Of a DNA stretch of 32,000 bases, positions 7,234 through 17,001 are shown in pieces. Every line of letters starts with the position of its first letter. The first letter of the stretch is position 1. The DNA lies in NCBI GenBank assembly GCA_964648855.1, contig CAZYLT010000004.1, positions 49,532 through 81,531 of the forward strand, written 5' to 3'. Under the pieces are notes generated by a model. It worked only from the letters and a program-made list of their open reading frames with translations, was not told where the DNA came from and did no database searches. The position numbers and the translations under genes were made by a program. This DNA comes from an uncultured archaeon. Its GTDB lineage: Archaea; Asgardarchaeota; Thorarchaeia; Thorarchaeales; Thorarchaeaceae.

Positions 7234-9057
7234 TCAAAGAACTGTAACAGACTTCGCCAAATTTCTGGGCTTGTCAGGATCATAACCCTTTCTGGTGGCC
7301 ATGTAGTAACTAACAAGCTGTAAGGGTACTACATAGGCCATGGTTGTGAATTCCGCTTCGACGCCCCTCGGAATAACAAATGAATGGTCAGATAATTCTA
7401 GCAATTCATCATCCCCCTTCTCAATCACAGATATGATGGAAGCTCCCCGCGCCTTCATCTCCATAATATTGCCTATTATCCTAGAGCGCGTGTCATCAGT
7501 CGGTGCCACAAAAAATACAGGAAAGCCGTCTTGTACGAGTGCGATAGGCCCATGCTTTGATTCTCCGGCAGAATAGCCCTCTGCATGATTGTATGCAATC
7601 TCTTTGAGCTTCAAGGCGCCCTCGAAAGCAGTGGCCATTGAAATACCTCTCCCAAGGAATAACATACTTGGCCTATCATAGAATAGTCCTGCAATCTGAC
7701 GAGCATGTTCCTCCTCCATTGCTATCACACGTGAAACAATATCAGGAACACCATGTAATGATTCCCTCTTCTTTTCTAATTCTTCAGTCCGAAGTTTCCC
7801 AGATATTTCACCCAGCTTCAGTGCTATCTGAGCAAGAGAAGTGAGCTGAACCATGAATGTCTTTGTCGCGGCTACACCTATCTCGGGGCCTGCCTGAGTT
7901 ATCAAAGTGTGGTCAGATATGCGGGTTATCGAGCTACCTACGACGTTTGTGATTGCAAGGACTTTTGCACCCTGTTGTCTTGCAGACTTCACGGCAGTGA
8001 TAGTATCGGTTGTTTCACCAGATTGCGTTATCGCAATGACAAGGTCACTCTTGGTAATAGTATCATAGACTGTATCAGCAAAATCACTTGCTAGTTCCGA
8101 AGTTGCCAGAACACCACCCAGAGAGGCAAACATATGCCTGCCAGCAAGGGCTGCATGCCCAGAGGTACCCATAGCCAATAGGAACACCCTTTTAGCATCA
8201 TTAATCATCTGAGCAGCTTTCTCGATTTCTTCCTCTCGCAGTCTCAATGTATTTCTAATCGCATCTGGCTGCTCATGAATCTCTTTTAACATAAAATGTG
8301 GATAGCCGCTCTTTTGTGCTTGATCTGCGGTCCAACTAATTTTAATGGCTTCTCTCTCAACCTTTTCCCCATCGCTCAGTTTCTCAATTTCAATGTCATC
8401 TACAGTTAATACTGCTATCTCACCATCGAGTAGTAGTACCATATTATCTGTCAGTGGAAGGAAAGCAGGTATATCTGATGAAACATAGACAGCATTCTCT
8501 TTCTTTCCAATCACTAGTGGATTACCATCTCGTGTCACGACTATTTTGCTTGGTTCCTTTGTACACATCGCCACAACAGCGTATGTTCCCTCAATAATCA
8601 AGGCAACTTCTTTCACTGCCTCTTCTAGACTACATCCGTTTTTCATGTAATCTTCAATCATATGTGGGATTACTTCAGTATCAGTTTCAGATTCAAAATG
8701 ATGTCCCCTATTCTTCAATTCTCGCCTTAGCTCCATGAAATTGTCTATTACCCCGTTATGAACAACAGCAATCTCATTAGAACAATCAAAATGAGGATGA
8801 GAGTTTAGCATAGAGGGAATACCATGAGTTGCCCATCTAGTATGACCTATACCGGTAGATCCGGGCAAATCATCTAAGTCTAATTTCTTATGAACCTGAT
8901 CTATTTTCCCTTTGTCCTTTTTCATGTAAAGCTGATTATCCGCAATTGTAGTTACGCCTACAGAGTCGTAACCTCTGTATTCCAGTCTTTTCAGAGCTTG
9001 ATGAATGAACGGTGCCACTTCACCCCTTTTCTGTATCGCACCTATAATTCCACACAT
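7234..9057 (-). CDS. glmS: Glutamine-fructose-6-phosphate transaminase (isomerizing)
   Basis: MCGI, LEYRGYDS, GHTRWATHG, HNG, QSGET, C-terminal PRNLAKSVTV; GGAGGAG RBS. Confidence 0.98.
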   Translation of the reverse strand: MCGIIGAIQKRGEVAPFIHQALKRLEYRGYDSVGVTTIADNQLYMKKDKGKIDQVHKKLDLDDLPGSTGIGHTRWATHGIPSMLNSHPHFDCSNEIAVVHNGVIDNFMELRRELKNRGHHFESETDTEVIPHMIEDYMKNGCSLEEAVKEVALIIEGTYAVVAMCTKEPSKIVVTRDGNPLVIGKKENAVYVSSDIPAFLPLTDNMVLLLDGEIAVLTVDDIEIEKLSDGEKVEREAIKISWTADQAQKSGYPHFMLKEIHEQPDAIRNTLRLREEEIEKAAQMINDAKRVFLLAMGTSGHAALAGRHMFASLGGVLATSELASDFADTVYDTITKSDLVIAITQSGETTDTITAVKSARQQGAKVLAITNVVGSSITRISDHTLITQAGPEIGVAATKTFMVQLTSLAQIALKLGEISGKLRTEELEKKRESLHGVPDIVSRVIAMEEEHARQIAGLFYDRPSMLFLGRGISMATAFEGALKLKEIAYNHAEGYSAGESKHGPIALVQDGFPVFFVAPTDDTRSRIIGNIMEMKARGASIISVIEKGDDELLELSDHSFVIPRGVEAEFTTMAYVVPLQLVSYYMATRKGYDPDKPRNLAKSVTVL

Positions 9058-9139
9058 CTGTGACTCCTCCGGATGGTATTCAAACTAGATTCTACACTGT
9101 GTTCTTCATAGAAAGAGTTTGTGTAGTAATACTTGTGCA

Positions 9140-9451
9140 TCAACCGGTTAGTTCAATCTCAATATACACAGATTCAGGAATTCTGACCCGCATAATTTGA
9201 CGAATGGCTCTTTCATCAGCATCAATATCAATTAGTCGCTTGTGTATTCGCATCTCCCACTTATCCCATGAATGAGACCCCTGACCACAGGGTGTCTTAC
9301 GTGTAGGGACAACCATTCTTCTAGTTGGAAGTGGTATAGGTCCTGACATGCGAACACCTGTTTTGCGTGTAATTCGCTTAATCTGATTACAGACGCCATC
9401 AAGATGTTCTGTACTTGTACTTGACAACCGAATTCTTGCTCTCTGAGTCAT
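9140..9451 (-). CDS. rps10: 30S ribosomal protein S10 (uS10); start corrected to ATG at 9451
   Basis: [39 protein letters not shown]. Confidence 0.97.
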   Translation of the reverse strand: MTQRARIRLSSTSTEHLDGVCNQIKRITRKTGVRMSGPIPLPTRRMVVPTRKTPCGQGSHSWDKWEMRIHKRLIDIDADERAIRQIMRVRIPESVYIEIELTG

Positions 9452-9588
9452 ATAAGATACCACTCCATCTACAGAGATGTTAAACCCAACCAAAAAGGGT
9501 TCGGATAAAAAGGTTGTCTTATGTATGAGTTCAACAATGCAGATGAACAGTCAAAACGATGATAAGCAATCTTGAATCAAATTGAGAT

Positions 9589-10392
9589 GTGACGCCTTTG
9601 TACAATCCAGTGATACTCAAACTCGGAGGGTCAGTTATTACTTACAAAGACCGTTCTCCCCCCGAGATTAATCATGAGTCGATTTTTCGTATTGCTCAAG
9701 AACTGAAAATATGTGATGATCCTCTTATATTGGTACTCGGGGGAGGTGCTCATGGGCACCAACCTGCACAAAAATACGGCTTTGGAGACCCCTCCACCGC
9801 ACCGAAAAGACGTCTGGATGGAATCCCTGAAATCCGTCATAACATGAATCTGCTTGCATCAGGAATTCAAGTATCGTTATCTGAAAACGAAATTCCTTCA
9901 ATTGTAATTCCTCCAATGGCAATTACGAAACTTGACAATAGCGTTGTTGATACAATATGTCTCTCCTCCTTTAGAAGTGCTCTGAATGCTGGCATCACAG
10001 TCATAACTCATGGCGATGTCTGCTTCGATAGCGAACTAGGTGCAGCAATTTTGAGTGGTGATACTCTTTCAGTGCATCTTGCCAGAGAATTAGATGCCAA
10101 ATCAGTTCTCTTAGGTACGGATGTTGATGGGGTCTTAGATGCTAATCCGAACAGCGATCCCAATGCAAAACTGATTCCCATAATCAAAGCATCACAAGAT
10201 ACTCCTGCTCTGAATGCCACAGGCCCCTCAAGATCCATTGATGTCACAGGTGGGATGACTCGAAAGCTAAAAGAATTACTTCCTTTGGCAAACAATAAAA
10301 CCGACATTATTGTCTTCAATCTTAATGCCCCTAACCGTCTTAGAAAAATCCTCTCAGGACAACGTACAATAGGAACTCGTATTGTAGCTTAA
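9589..10392 (+). CDS. ipk: Isopentenyl phosphate kinase (amino-acid kinase fold)
   Basis: LKLGGSVITYK, GGGAHGH (catalytic His), HGDV, ILSGD, DVTGGM..K. Confidence 0.9.
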   Translation: MTPLYNPVILKLGGSVITYKDRSPPEINHESIFRIAQELKICDDPLILVLGGGAHGHQPAQKYGFGDPSTAPKRRLDGIPEIRHNMNLLASGIQVSLSENEIPSIVIPPMAITKLDNSVVDTICLSSFRSALNAGITVITHGDVCFDSELGAAILSGDTLSVHLARELDAKSVLLGTDVDGVLDANPNSDPNAKLIPIIKASQDTPALNATGPSRSIDVTGGMTRKLKELLPLANNKTDIIVFNLNAPNRLRKILSGQRTIGTRIVA

Positions 10393-13300
10393 CGAAGAAG
10401 ATTGACCTGCTGACTATCCAAATATCTGAAAATTATATTGTCAGATACATTTTCTTGCTCGTCAAAATATTCAGATGCACTCAATATGCAAACCACTTTT
10501 TTTGAGTTGCATTTTCTACATATTACCTCAGATTGAAGATGCAATAAGGTGCTCAGTTGTTGCTGATTTGGAAATACCACATACGATGCGTCATCAGCAC
10601 ATAAATCAAAATATTCATGATTTTTGTAAATCTCATGCCCTTGTCCTCTCAAACTAGTTACTAAGCAATCTAAGACCCAATCTCTCAATTTTATTAAAAC
10701 ACTGGAATTCACAATCCAAAGTCCTGAGCTTATTCCCTCAAAGTCGAAATTTTCTCCAACTCTTACTGCAGTAAGAGCCTCATCTGCTAATAATTCAGTG
10801 ACAGCTCGACGCCCCTCATCTGAATTCAAAGGTACTGTTCGTGCTCTTTTGGATTGCAGTACAGTAGTTTCAATAAACTCCAAAACTGCCCTCCAAGTTG
10901 CCATGCCCTCTGAGATGTCAATGAAATCCTGAATCAGTCCTATCCAAATCCGAATCTGGATTGCTCGGGTGGCCGTGGTACCTCTCTTATTTACCACGTC
11001 TATGAATTCAAATTCATCTTCCTTGTCTGGTAAATCATTCTCCCTGCCACTATCGTAACAAGCACAATCCTCTCCCCCAAATTCTGCAATCATTCTATCT
11101 AGCGAACTCGGAAAAGCGGATAAGACACTGACAGAATCGAATTCTTCACTCTGAGCTATTTTCTCTCTAAGTTTGGCCGCAGCAACACTTCCTCTTACAA
11201 TGACATATAGCCTTTCCACACCATGCCCAAACTTGTTCATTTTCAAACGAATGTAATTTTCTGTATGATTCAATGAAGAAACGCGTATGTGTTCTCCAAT
11301 TATTATGATTGCAATATCACCTATAACGAGCTCAAAATCGTCTGTCTGGACTGTATTCTTCTCAAGACCCAACTTATCTTGAAGATAGGTCAAAATTATT
11401 TCTGATACTGCTTTCTCGCCTTTTCCGGGCAATGTAAACAAAAATCCCCCATCAACAAACGGAATTGCCTCCCTCACAATAGTGCCCAGTGAGATCAAAC
11501 TATGAATCATCTCGTCAATTTCAGTGTCTGTTGACTGTGGGCTCAGTACGCTAATGAACCTCCTAATCTCTTTTTCAACTACAAACTTCTTTGATGCAAT
11601 AAACGCAACCAATTGATTGTTGATTTCTGATGCCCGATTGAAGTGCTTGGAAGAGGACTCACTTACAAACTCGGTAACCGGTGTTCCGAGTGCATCTATG
11701 TCTGACCGGATATCCATTTCTTCACTTGAAGCAATACTAGTTTCATTCTCTTTCTTCAAGTGTTCTTCCGAAATGCAATCTGCATAATTGCTCCACCGAA
11801 AAACATCCGATTCTATTTCAAAAGTTTCCAGTCCGGGAAGTGATATCAGAGCTCTACCTCGTTTGAGAACGCGAAGATATCGTTCTTGCTGTTGATTGAT
11901 AGATAGATATCTGCCTCCCACCTCACTATCATATGGCAACCTAAACGCAACTTTGGTGGCAGTGTTTGCAAGAATGTTAGTGGATATGTTTGGTCTTGTT
12001 GAAACAACAACCACACCTTGTCCTGTGGCTCTTTGCAACATGACCATTGACTCCCCTGTTGATATATCCGCTGCAGAAGACCTCGTATAACTCTCTGGAA
12101 CAAGATTACTAGCCTCCTCCAAAACAACAACATGATTCAAATTCGGAGATATACCTCTGCGCATCGCTGCTTCAAATATTCTCTTTGCCACTAGATTGTA
12201 AAGCAGACGTGCCGCATCCATTCCTCCAATCCGGGCAACATACCGAAGGTCAAATACAACCCTTCTTTTTATTAAATCCATAATGTCTGTCTTATTCTTC
12301 CCGCCTGAGAGAATAGCACCAAGAGGTTCTCTGGTCAATATTTCTAAGCGATTTAGCAGCGCATCTCTTGTCATACTTCCTACTTTACTATTATCCGAAA
12401 CCTCTTTGATTAGCTCAACAAGACAATCCGAACCCATTTTTTTCCCTTGGCTATGGGCTAGTCGCTTAACCGCCTTGGAAAGCAACTGCTCCATTGCTGG
12501 AGACAATTCTGAAGACGCCTCTTCTCTAATGAGTTCTCTCAATAAGGTAAATGTCGACTGAGCTTGGATAGATTCTGAAGAATGTGAAGAGTCCACTAAC
12601 GGAATTGAAAATGTGGGATCGAGACCAGGTCTTATAACCAACACATTTTCAATCTTCTGGAATTCAGAATATTCATTTCCTTTGACATCGAATATCCACC
12701 AAGGTACATCCGTTTTCATGCTTAGTTCTACCATTAGTTTTTTCACTAGTGTTGTCTTTCCAGTCCCAGTCGCACCAAGAACAGTCATATGCTCTCTCAA
12801 CATCTGAGCGCTTAGGCCAACTTTACTGACTTCCTTGCCTTGATAGATTGCGTGTCCAAGAGATAACTCATTATCGATTTCCTGCAGTGAAGGAATATTG
12901 AATGTGGGTTGCGCATTCTTAGACATCATGGGTAAGGATTGAACTGGCGTATTTACATAGGCAGCAGCTCTACTTGCATGTAGACGTGTGTTAGATATAG
13001 ATCTCCTTGTTATCAAACGAGCTTCAATTCTCTTAGTGATTTTTCTTTGCTTGATCGAAAACGAATTATCCCCGCCCCAAATTGACTGAATCATACCAGA
13101 TACGCTCTCAGTGTTGGATATCGCTTCATTCTCACACTCAGATTTTACTAGTACATAAGTGGAACAATCAAACCATCCACTCTCACTCTCGGTTTCTTGA
13201 TAACGAGTAAGAAGTTTCTTTTTTGTTGCCCAGTCTTCCAAGCTTGCTTCGTTACGGTTTTCCCTTTCCATTATTTTGTCCCAAGTGCGTTCCATCCTCC

Positions 13301-14138
13301 TCTTTTCGGAACCACCGTCTGCAACTGAGAGAACCGATGTAATCTGAGTCGATATCCCTTTCTTCACGGCGGTGGATAAGAAAACTCCAATTTGCGAAGA
13401 TGTCGCTGTGGCCTCTAACTTTGGATTCCCTCTTATAACAAAGAGGGTAGTTTTAGGATTAAAAACGAAAGAAGATTCTCCCTCAAGAGGGCTTGATATT
13501 CCGACTGCTTCTCTCAAGTTTGAGCCACTTAGAGGATGAAATTCGATGTTTCTTATGGATGATAGAAGAATGGCCTCCAATTTCATTCTCTCCCTCATCA
13601 AGATGTCCTTTGCAGCTTCTCTGTTTTTCGAGTAAGTGCTGATAAAGAAGCGGAGATATGGCCCAGTACGATTTGTTCCTGCTTCAAATGCAAGACTCGT
13701 ATTCTTCTGTAATCCAGATCTCAACGCTCGAAGAAAAGAGGAATCGTAGATGGTGTTTCCATTCTCCCCATTCACCACCGAACTGGTCGTATTTGATATG
13801 TCTAGACAAGAAACACCCACCACACTATCACCGACCTCATACCAAAGAAACTCGTCACTCATCAAAATGCAGGGCGAAAGCGTCATGAGATGTCTGGATG
13901 CTGTAATGATTGCTCCCACGACAGGTATCAATACAATAAGAACTTCAATGAAATATCTCCCTGGTATGAGAAATGTTACACCCAAAGTCGTAGTCGGCAG
14001 TATGTAAATTAAAAGGAGATAAATACCAGCAAAAATACTCGACAGGAACCATAACAATCTTGTAAATCGAATCGAAACGCGAAACACAAATTCAGTTATT
14101 CCATCAATCACGTTCACCGGCTCCTCTATTTTGTCCAA
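10389..14138 (-). CDS. Membrane-anchored HerA/VirB4/FtsK-family (DUF87-type) ATPase with long C-terminal extension
   Basis: Two N-terminal TM segments; HMTVLGATGTGKT, IFDVKGNEY, VVVLEEA, ILANTATKVAFRL, L.RGRA. Confidence 0.85.
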   Translation of the reverse strand: MDKIEEPVNVIDGITEFVFRVSIRFTRLLWFLSSIFAGIYLLLIYILPTTTLGVTFLIPGRYFIEVLIVLIPVVGAIITASRHLMTLSPCILMSDEFLWYEVGDSVVGVSCLDISNTTSSVVNGENGNTIYDSSFLRALRSGLQKNTSLAFEAGTNRTGPYLRFFISTYSKNREAAKDILMRERMKLEAILLSSIRNIEFHPLSGSNLREAVGISSPLEGESSFVFNPKTTLFVIRGNPKLEATATSSQIGVFLSTAVKKGISTQITSVLSVADGGSEKRRMERTWDKIMERENRNEASLEDWATKKKLLTRYQETESESGWFDCSTYVLVKSECENEAISNTESVSGMIQSIWGGDNSFSIKQRKITKRIEARLITRRSISNTRLHASRAAAYVNTPVQSLPMMSKNAQPTFNIPSLQEIDNELSLGHAIYQGKEVSKVGLSAQMLREHMTVLGATGTGKTTLVKKLMVELSMKTDVPWWIFDVKGNEYSEFQKIENVLVIRPGLDPTFSIPLVDSSHSSESIQAQSTFTLLRELIREEASSELSPAMEQLLSKAVKRLAHSQGKKMGSDCLVELIKEVSDNSKVGSMTRDALLNRLEILTREPLGAILSGGKNKTDIMDLIKRRVVFDLRYVARIGGMDAARLLYNLVAKRIFEAAMRRGISPNLNHVVVLEEASNLVPESYTRSSAADISTGESMVMLQRATGQGVVVVSTRPNISTNILANTATKVAFRLPYDSEVGGRYLSINQQQERYLRVLKRGRALISLPGLETFEIESDVFRWSNYADCISEEHLKKENETSIASSEEMDIRSDIDALGTPVTEFVSESSSKHFNRASEINNQLVAFIASKKFVVEKEIRRFISVLSPQSTDTEIDEMIHSLISLGTIVREAIPFVDGGFLFTLPGKGEKAVSEIILTYLQDKLGLEKNTVQTDDFELVIGDIAIIIIGEHIRVSSLNHTENYIRLKMNKFGHGVERLYVIVRGSVAAAKLREKIAQSEEFDSVSVLSAFPSSLDRMIAEFGGEDCACYDSGRENDLPDKEDEFEFIDVVNKRGTTATRAIQIRIWIGLIQDFIDISEGMATWRAVLEFIETTVLQSKRARTVPLNSDEGRRAVTELLADEALTAVRVGENFDFEGISSGLWIVNSSVLIKLRDWVLDCLVTSLRGQGHEIYKNHEYFDLCADDASYVVFPNQQQLSTLLHLQSEVICRKCNSKKVVCILSASEYFDEQENVSDNIIFRYLDSQQVNLLR

Positions 14139-14367
14139 CTAATAGCCAAGTTACCAAACCATTCTGCAACTTGAATTTCCGTCTAACATGTGTTAATTAT
14201 GCTCAGTATTAACCACCACTGAAAACATCAGAATATTTCTCATTGTATATGAGATTAAAAACTCCTGAAATAAAGAAACTATGAATCAGTAATTGGACAG
14301 ATACCGTCTGAATCCGAACCATGACGATTTAGACAAGTTCAGAAATGACCATGTCTAGAGGTGGACC

Positions 14368-16347
14368 GTGTTGAATAGAACTAATATTGTGATTTCAGTC
14401 CTCATTGGTGCAGCATTAGTTCTAATGTTTTGTTCTCCTGTTCCTGTTGATGCAGAAGAAATTCCTATCATTTCTAGGGGTAGCAATCTAACACTAACAG
14501 CACAGGTGCTACAGAATGGGTCGTACGGAGACCCGGTAGAATTCCAACCAGTTGAGTTCTATGATGAAACCAACGACTGGTTGCTAGGTACTGAGGAAAC
14601 AGATGAGAGTGGGTATGCTACATTCTTTATGGATGTACCATTTGACTACCCTCTTGGAGAAACAGTCTTCAATGCCACATATCGAGGCAATGAAACCCTT
14701 GCTCTATACCCATCTTGCCAACGGATGCTAGTCTTGATTGTTTCATCTACAAATCTTGATGTCACTCTGTCCGATAATAGCTTGATATATGGCGATACAC
14801 TTCTTATCTCCGGTTGCTTAACTGATGACACAAATAATGCGATTCCTAATGCCGATATAATGATAATCGGTAACGGTAATACAATATGCACTATCCAATC
14901 TGATGCAGAAGGATGCCTTTCTGCAACCATCATTGCTAATAGCAGTTGGGCCTATCTTGGCGAGAATTCATTGATACTCTACTACGAAGGAAACACTGTA
15001 GATTATCATTCGCAAGCAGTTGAAGAATTAGACATTACCTTACGTCAGATTGACACCAATATAGCGACTAGTACCTCGCTTCATGAAGTTGCTCACCTTA
15101 ATACAACTTGGACAACAGATGTCTTACTTACGGACAATGACGGTGGTCTTTCTAACGAGTATATTCTAGTTCTCATAGATGAAGTCATCCATATGCAAAT
15201 ATTGACCAATGAAACTGGCTGGGCCAAAGTTGATATCGATATCAATCAATCCTTTTCCTTAGGTTCACACCAACTGGCGATTCATTATGATGGAAGCATG
15301 CGGAATAAGCCGTCTACCAAACAAGTCCAGTTATCTGTTCTTGGTCAAGCTTACATTGCGACCAGTTTTGATGCTTCAATAGCTGAAATCAATGCCCATT
15401 TGGGTTTCGAAATATCAGTTACAGATATTTTCAACCGCTCTATTGTAGATATTACCATCATTGTAAGTGATGCAACCACATTGGAAACTGCGAATACAAC
15501 CCTCATTTCTAGTACCAAAAGATTTGTTGGCCATATCTTCATGATACCGCCAAAGGGGTATCATGAGATTATTGTAAATATAACCGACAATCAATTTCTT
15601 CTAAACAGATTATCGATTACATTAATCCCAGTATGGTCACGTCCCAAAATCACACTATTAGAAAGCAATATCATGGGCTATGCATATCCGCTTCAAGCAG
15701 TAATCTATTTTGTCAATGTATCAGATTTCGATGGAAGCAACATTCAACGCAATTTGAGTCTGATAATATCGTCTTTAGATACACCAACAAATCAAACGTG
15801 GCTTACTACCAGCTTCGAAACGGGAAATATATCATTTATAGCACCAGAAAAGGAAGGAAATTACCTTGTCCAGATTCTCTATTCGGGTGACGAGTTAAGA
15901 ATGGAACTACCCAGCAATACCTTGACTGCTGTTATTGTGAGCAAACTGATACCGTTGACTATTGTTCTGAAATCCTATTCTCAATCAGACATGATGAAAT
16001 ACATCGATGTAGAGATTTTGTTATTTGCCCAAAATGGAACTCGAGATATTGACATCAATTTTTCATATTGGTGGTTCACATCAGAGAAACAAATTACAAA
16101 ATCAATTCATGGAGTTGTAAATCTGCGTCTAATAACTCCACTAGAAGCTGGCGTTTACCATCTTAGCTATGAAATTGAGAAACAATCAGGAATTGCCTCT
16201 GCTATTGGATCATTTAAAATTGTCATAACTCCGATTGATGCGAATGCTGCAAGCGGTATTGGTCCCACACCTCTTGCATCAGCTCTAACTATTTCATGTT
16301 TGATATTGCTTATTCCATTTGCTAGAAAACACTATCTTATTGGATAA
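14368..16347 (+). CDS. Secreted, C-terminally anchored surface protein with Ig-like repeats
   Basis: Signal peptide; repeated T[DN]xxG...LG....Y.G[ND] units; many N-x-S/T sequons; C-terminal TM followed by RK. Confidence 0.8.
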   Translation: MLNRTNIVISVLIGAALVLMFCSPVPVDAEEIPIISRGSNLTLTAQVLQNGSYGDPVEFQPVEFYDETNDWLLGTEETDESGYATFFMDVPFDYPLGETVFNATYRGNETLALYPSCQRMLVLIVSSTNLDVTLSDNSLIYGDTLLISGCLTDDTNNAIPNADIMIIGNGNTICTIQSDAEGCLSATIIANSSWAYLGENSLILYYEGNTVDYHSQAVEELDITLRQIDTNIATSTSLHEVAHLNTTWTTDVLLTDNDGGLSNEYILVLIDEVIHMQILTNETGWAKVDIDINQSFSLGSHQLAIHYDGSMRNKPSTKQVQLSVLGQAYIATSFDASIAEINAHLGFEISVTDIFNRSIVDITIIVSDATTLETANTTLISSTKRFVGHIFMIPPKGYHEIIVNITDNQFLLNRLSITLIPVWSRPKITLLESNIMGYAYPLQAVIYFVNVSDFDGSNIQRNLSLIISSLDTPTNQTWLTTSFETGNISFIAPEKEGNYLVQILYSGDELRMELPSNTLTAVIVSKLIPLTIVLKSYSQSDMMKYIDVEILLFAQNGTRDIDINFSYWWFTSEKQITKSIHGVVNLRLITPLEAGVYHLSYEIEKQSGIASAIGSFKIVITPIDANAASGIGPTPLASALTISCLILLIPFARKHYLIG

Positions 16348-16353
16348 AATGAA

Positions 16354-16463
16354 TGGTGCTCCGGCCGGGATTTGAACCCGGGTCGAGGGATCGAGAGTCC
16401 CTCATGCTGGGCCGGACTACAATCGGTTAGCCAATCGCGGAATGCGAGGGCATCTACCGGAGC
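16354..16463 (-). tRNA. tRNA-Glu(CUC) with a 32-nt intron at 10/11 (intron 16422-16453), encoded CCA
   Basis: Acceptor GCTCCGG/CCGGAGC, anticodon arm AGGGA-CTCTCGA-TCCCT, T arm CCGGG-TTCAAAT-CCCGG. Splice motif CGGT AG|A ... ACCG AT|T. Confidence 0.93.
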
Positions 16464-16686
16464 CAAGTCGCCGCAGTCCGAAGCGAGTCTTCTCCAAACG
16501 TTCAGCAAATAAGGCTTTCCCAAAGGTCGGCTCTGTGTGATAAGTCGGGAGAGATGATCCCTTTCAGTCTTAAGAAGCGTTGGTGCATTTGGGATTCTGA
16601 CATTATGTGTCATAAATGGATACAATCATCATGTTTGGATTGACTTTTCACACGGGGCTCCAAAGGTCAGCTCCAATATTTACTGC

Positions 16687-16887
16687 TTATGGCACAGCTT
16701 CACCAAAGATGCTCCAGCTTTCCTCTAGCATCTCTACTAGAACACTTACGACATCTTGTGCCCAACCTGTAGCTTGAAGAATTACACCTATAACAATAGA
16801 AATAGTGACAATCGCTAGACCCAACAAGAGACTCTCTTCAACCAGAGGTCCGCCATTTTGATTTTCAATCAGCTTGGTTGAAACCAT
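16687..16887 (-). CDS. Flp/Tad-like small pilin with class III signal peptide
   Basis: NQNG|GPLVEESLLLGLAIVTISIVIGVI: Gly at -1, Glu at +5, hydrophobic helix, no globular head. Lies downstream of the TadA-like ATPase. Confidence 0.7.
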   Translation of the reverse strand: MVSTKLIENQNGGPLVEESLLLGLAIVTISIVIGVILQATGWAQDVVSVLVEMLEESWSIFGEAVP

Positions 16888-17001
16888 TTTTAACCCTACA
16901 CTATCATCTCCGGATTTGCGTATTTAAGGACCTAAACAATGATGATGTGAACAATATTGATAGCTTTACTCCAACTCAATCTTGTTGGACAAATCATGAA
17001 C

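Noticed and set aside
16332-16625. 97-aa ORF
   Set aside because: It overlaps the tRNA-Glu gene on the same strand.
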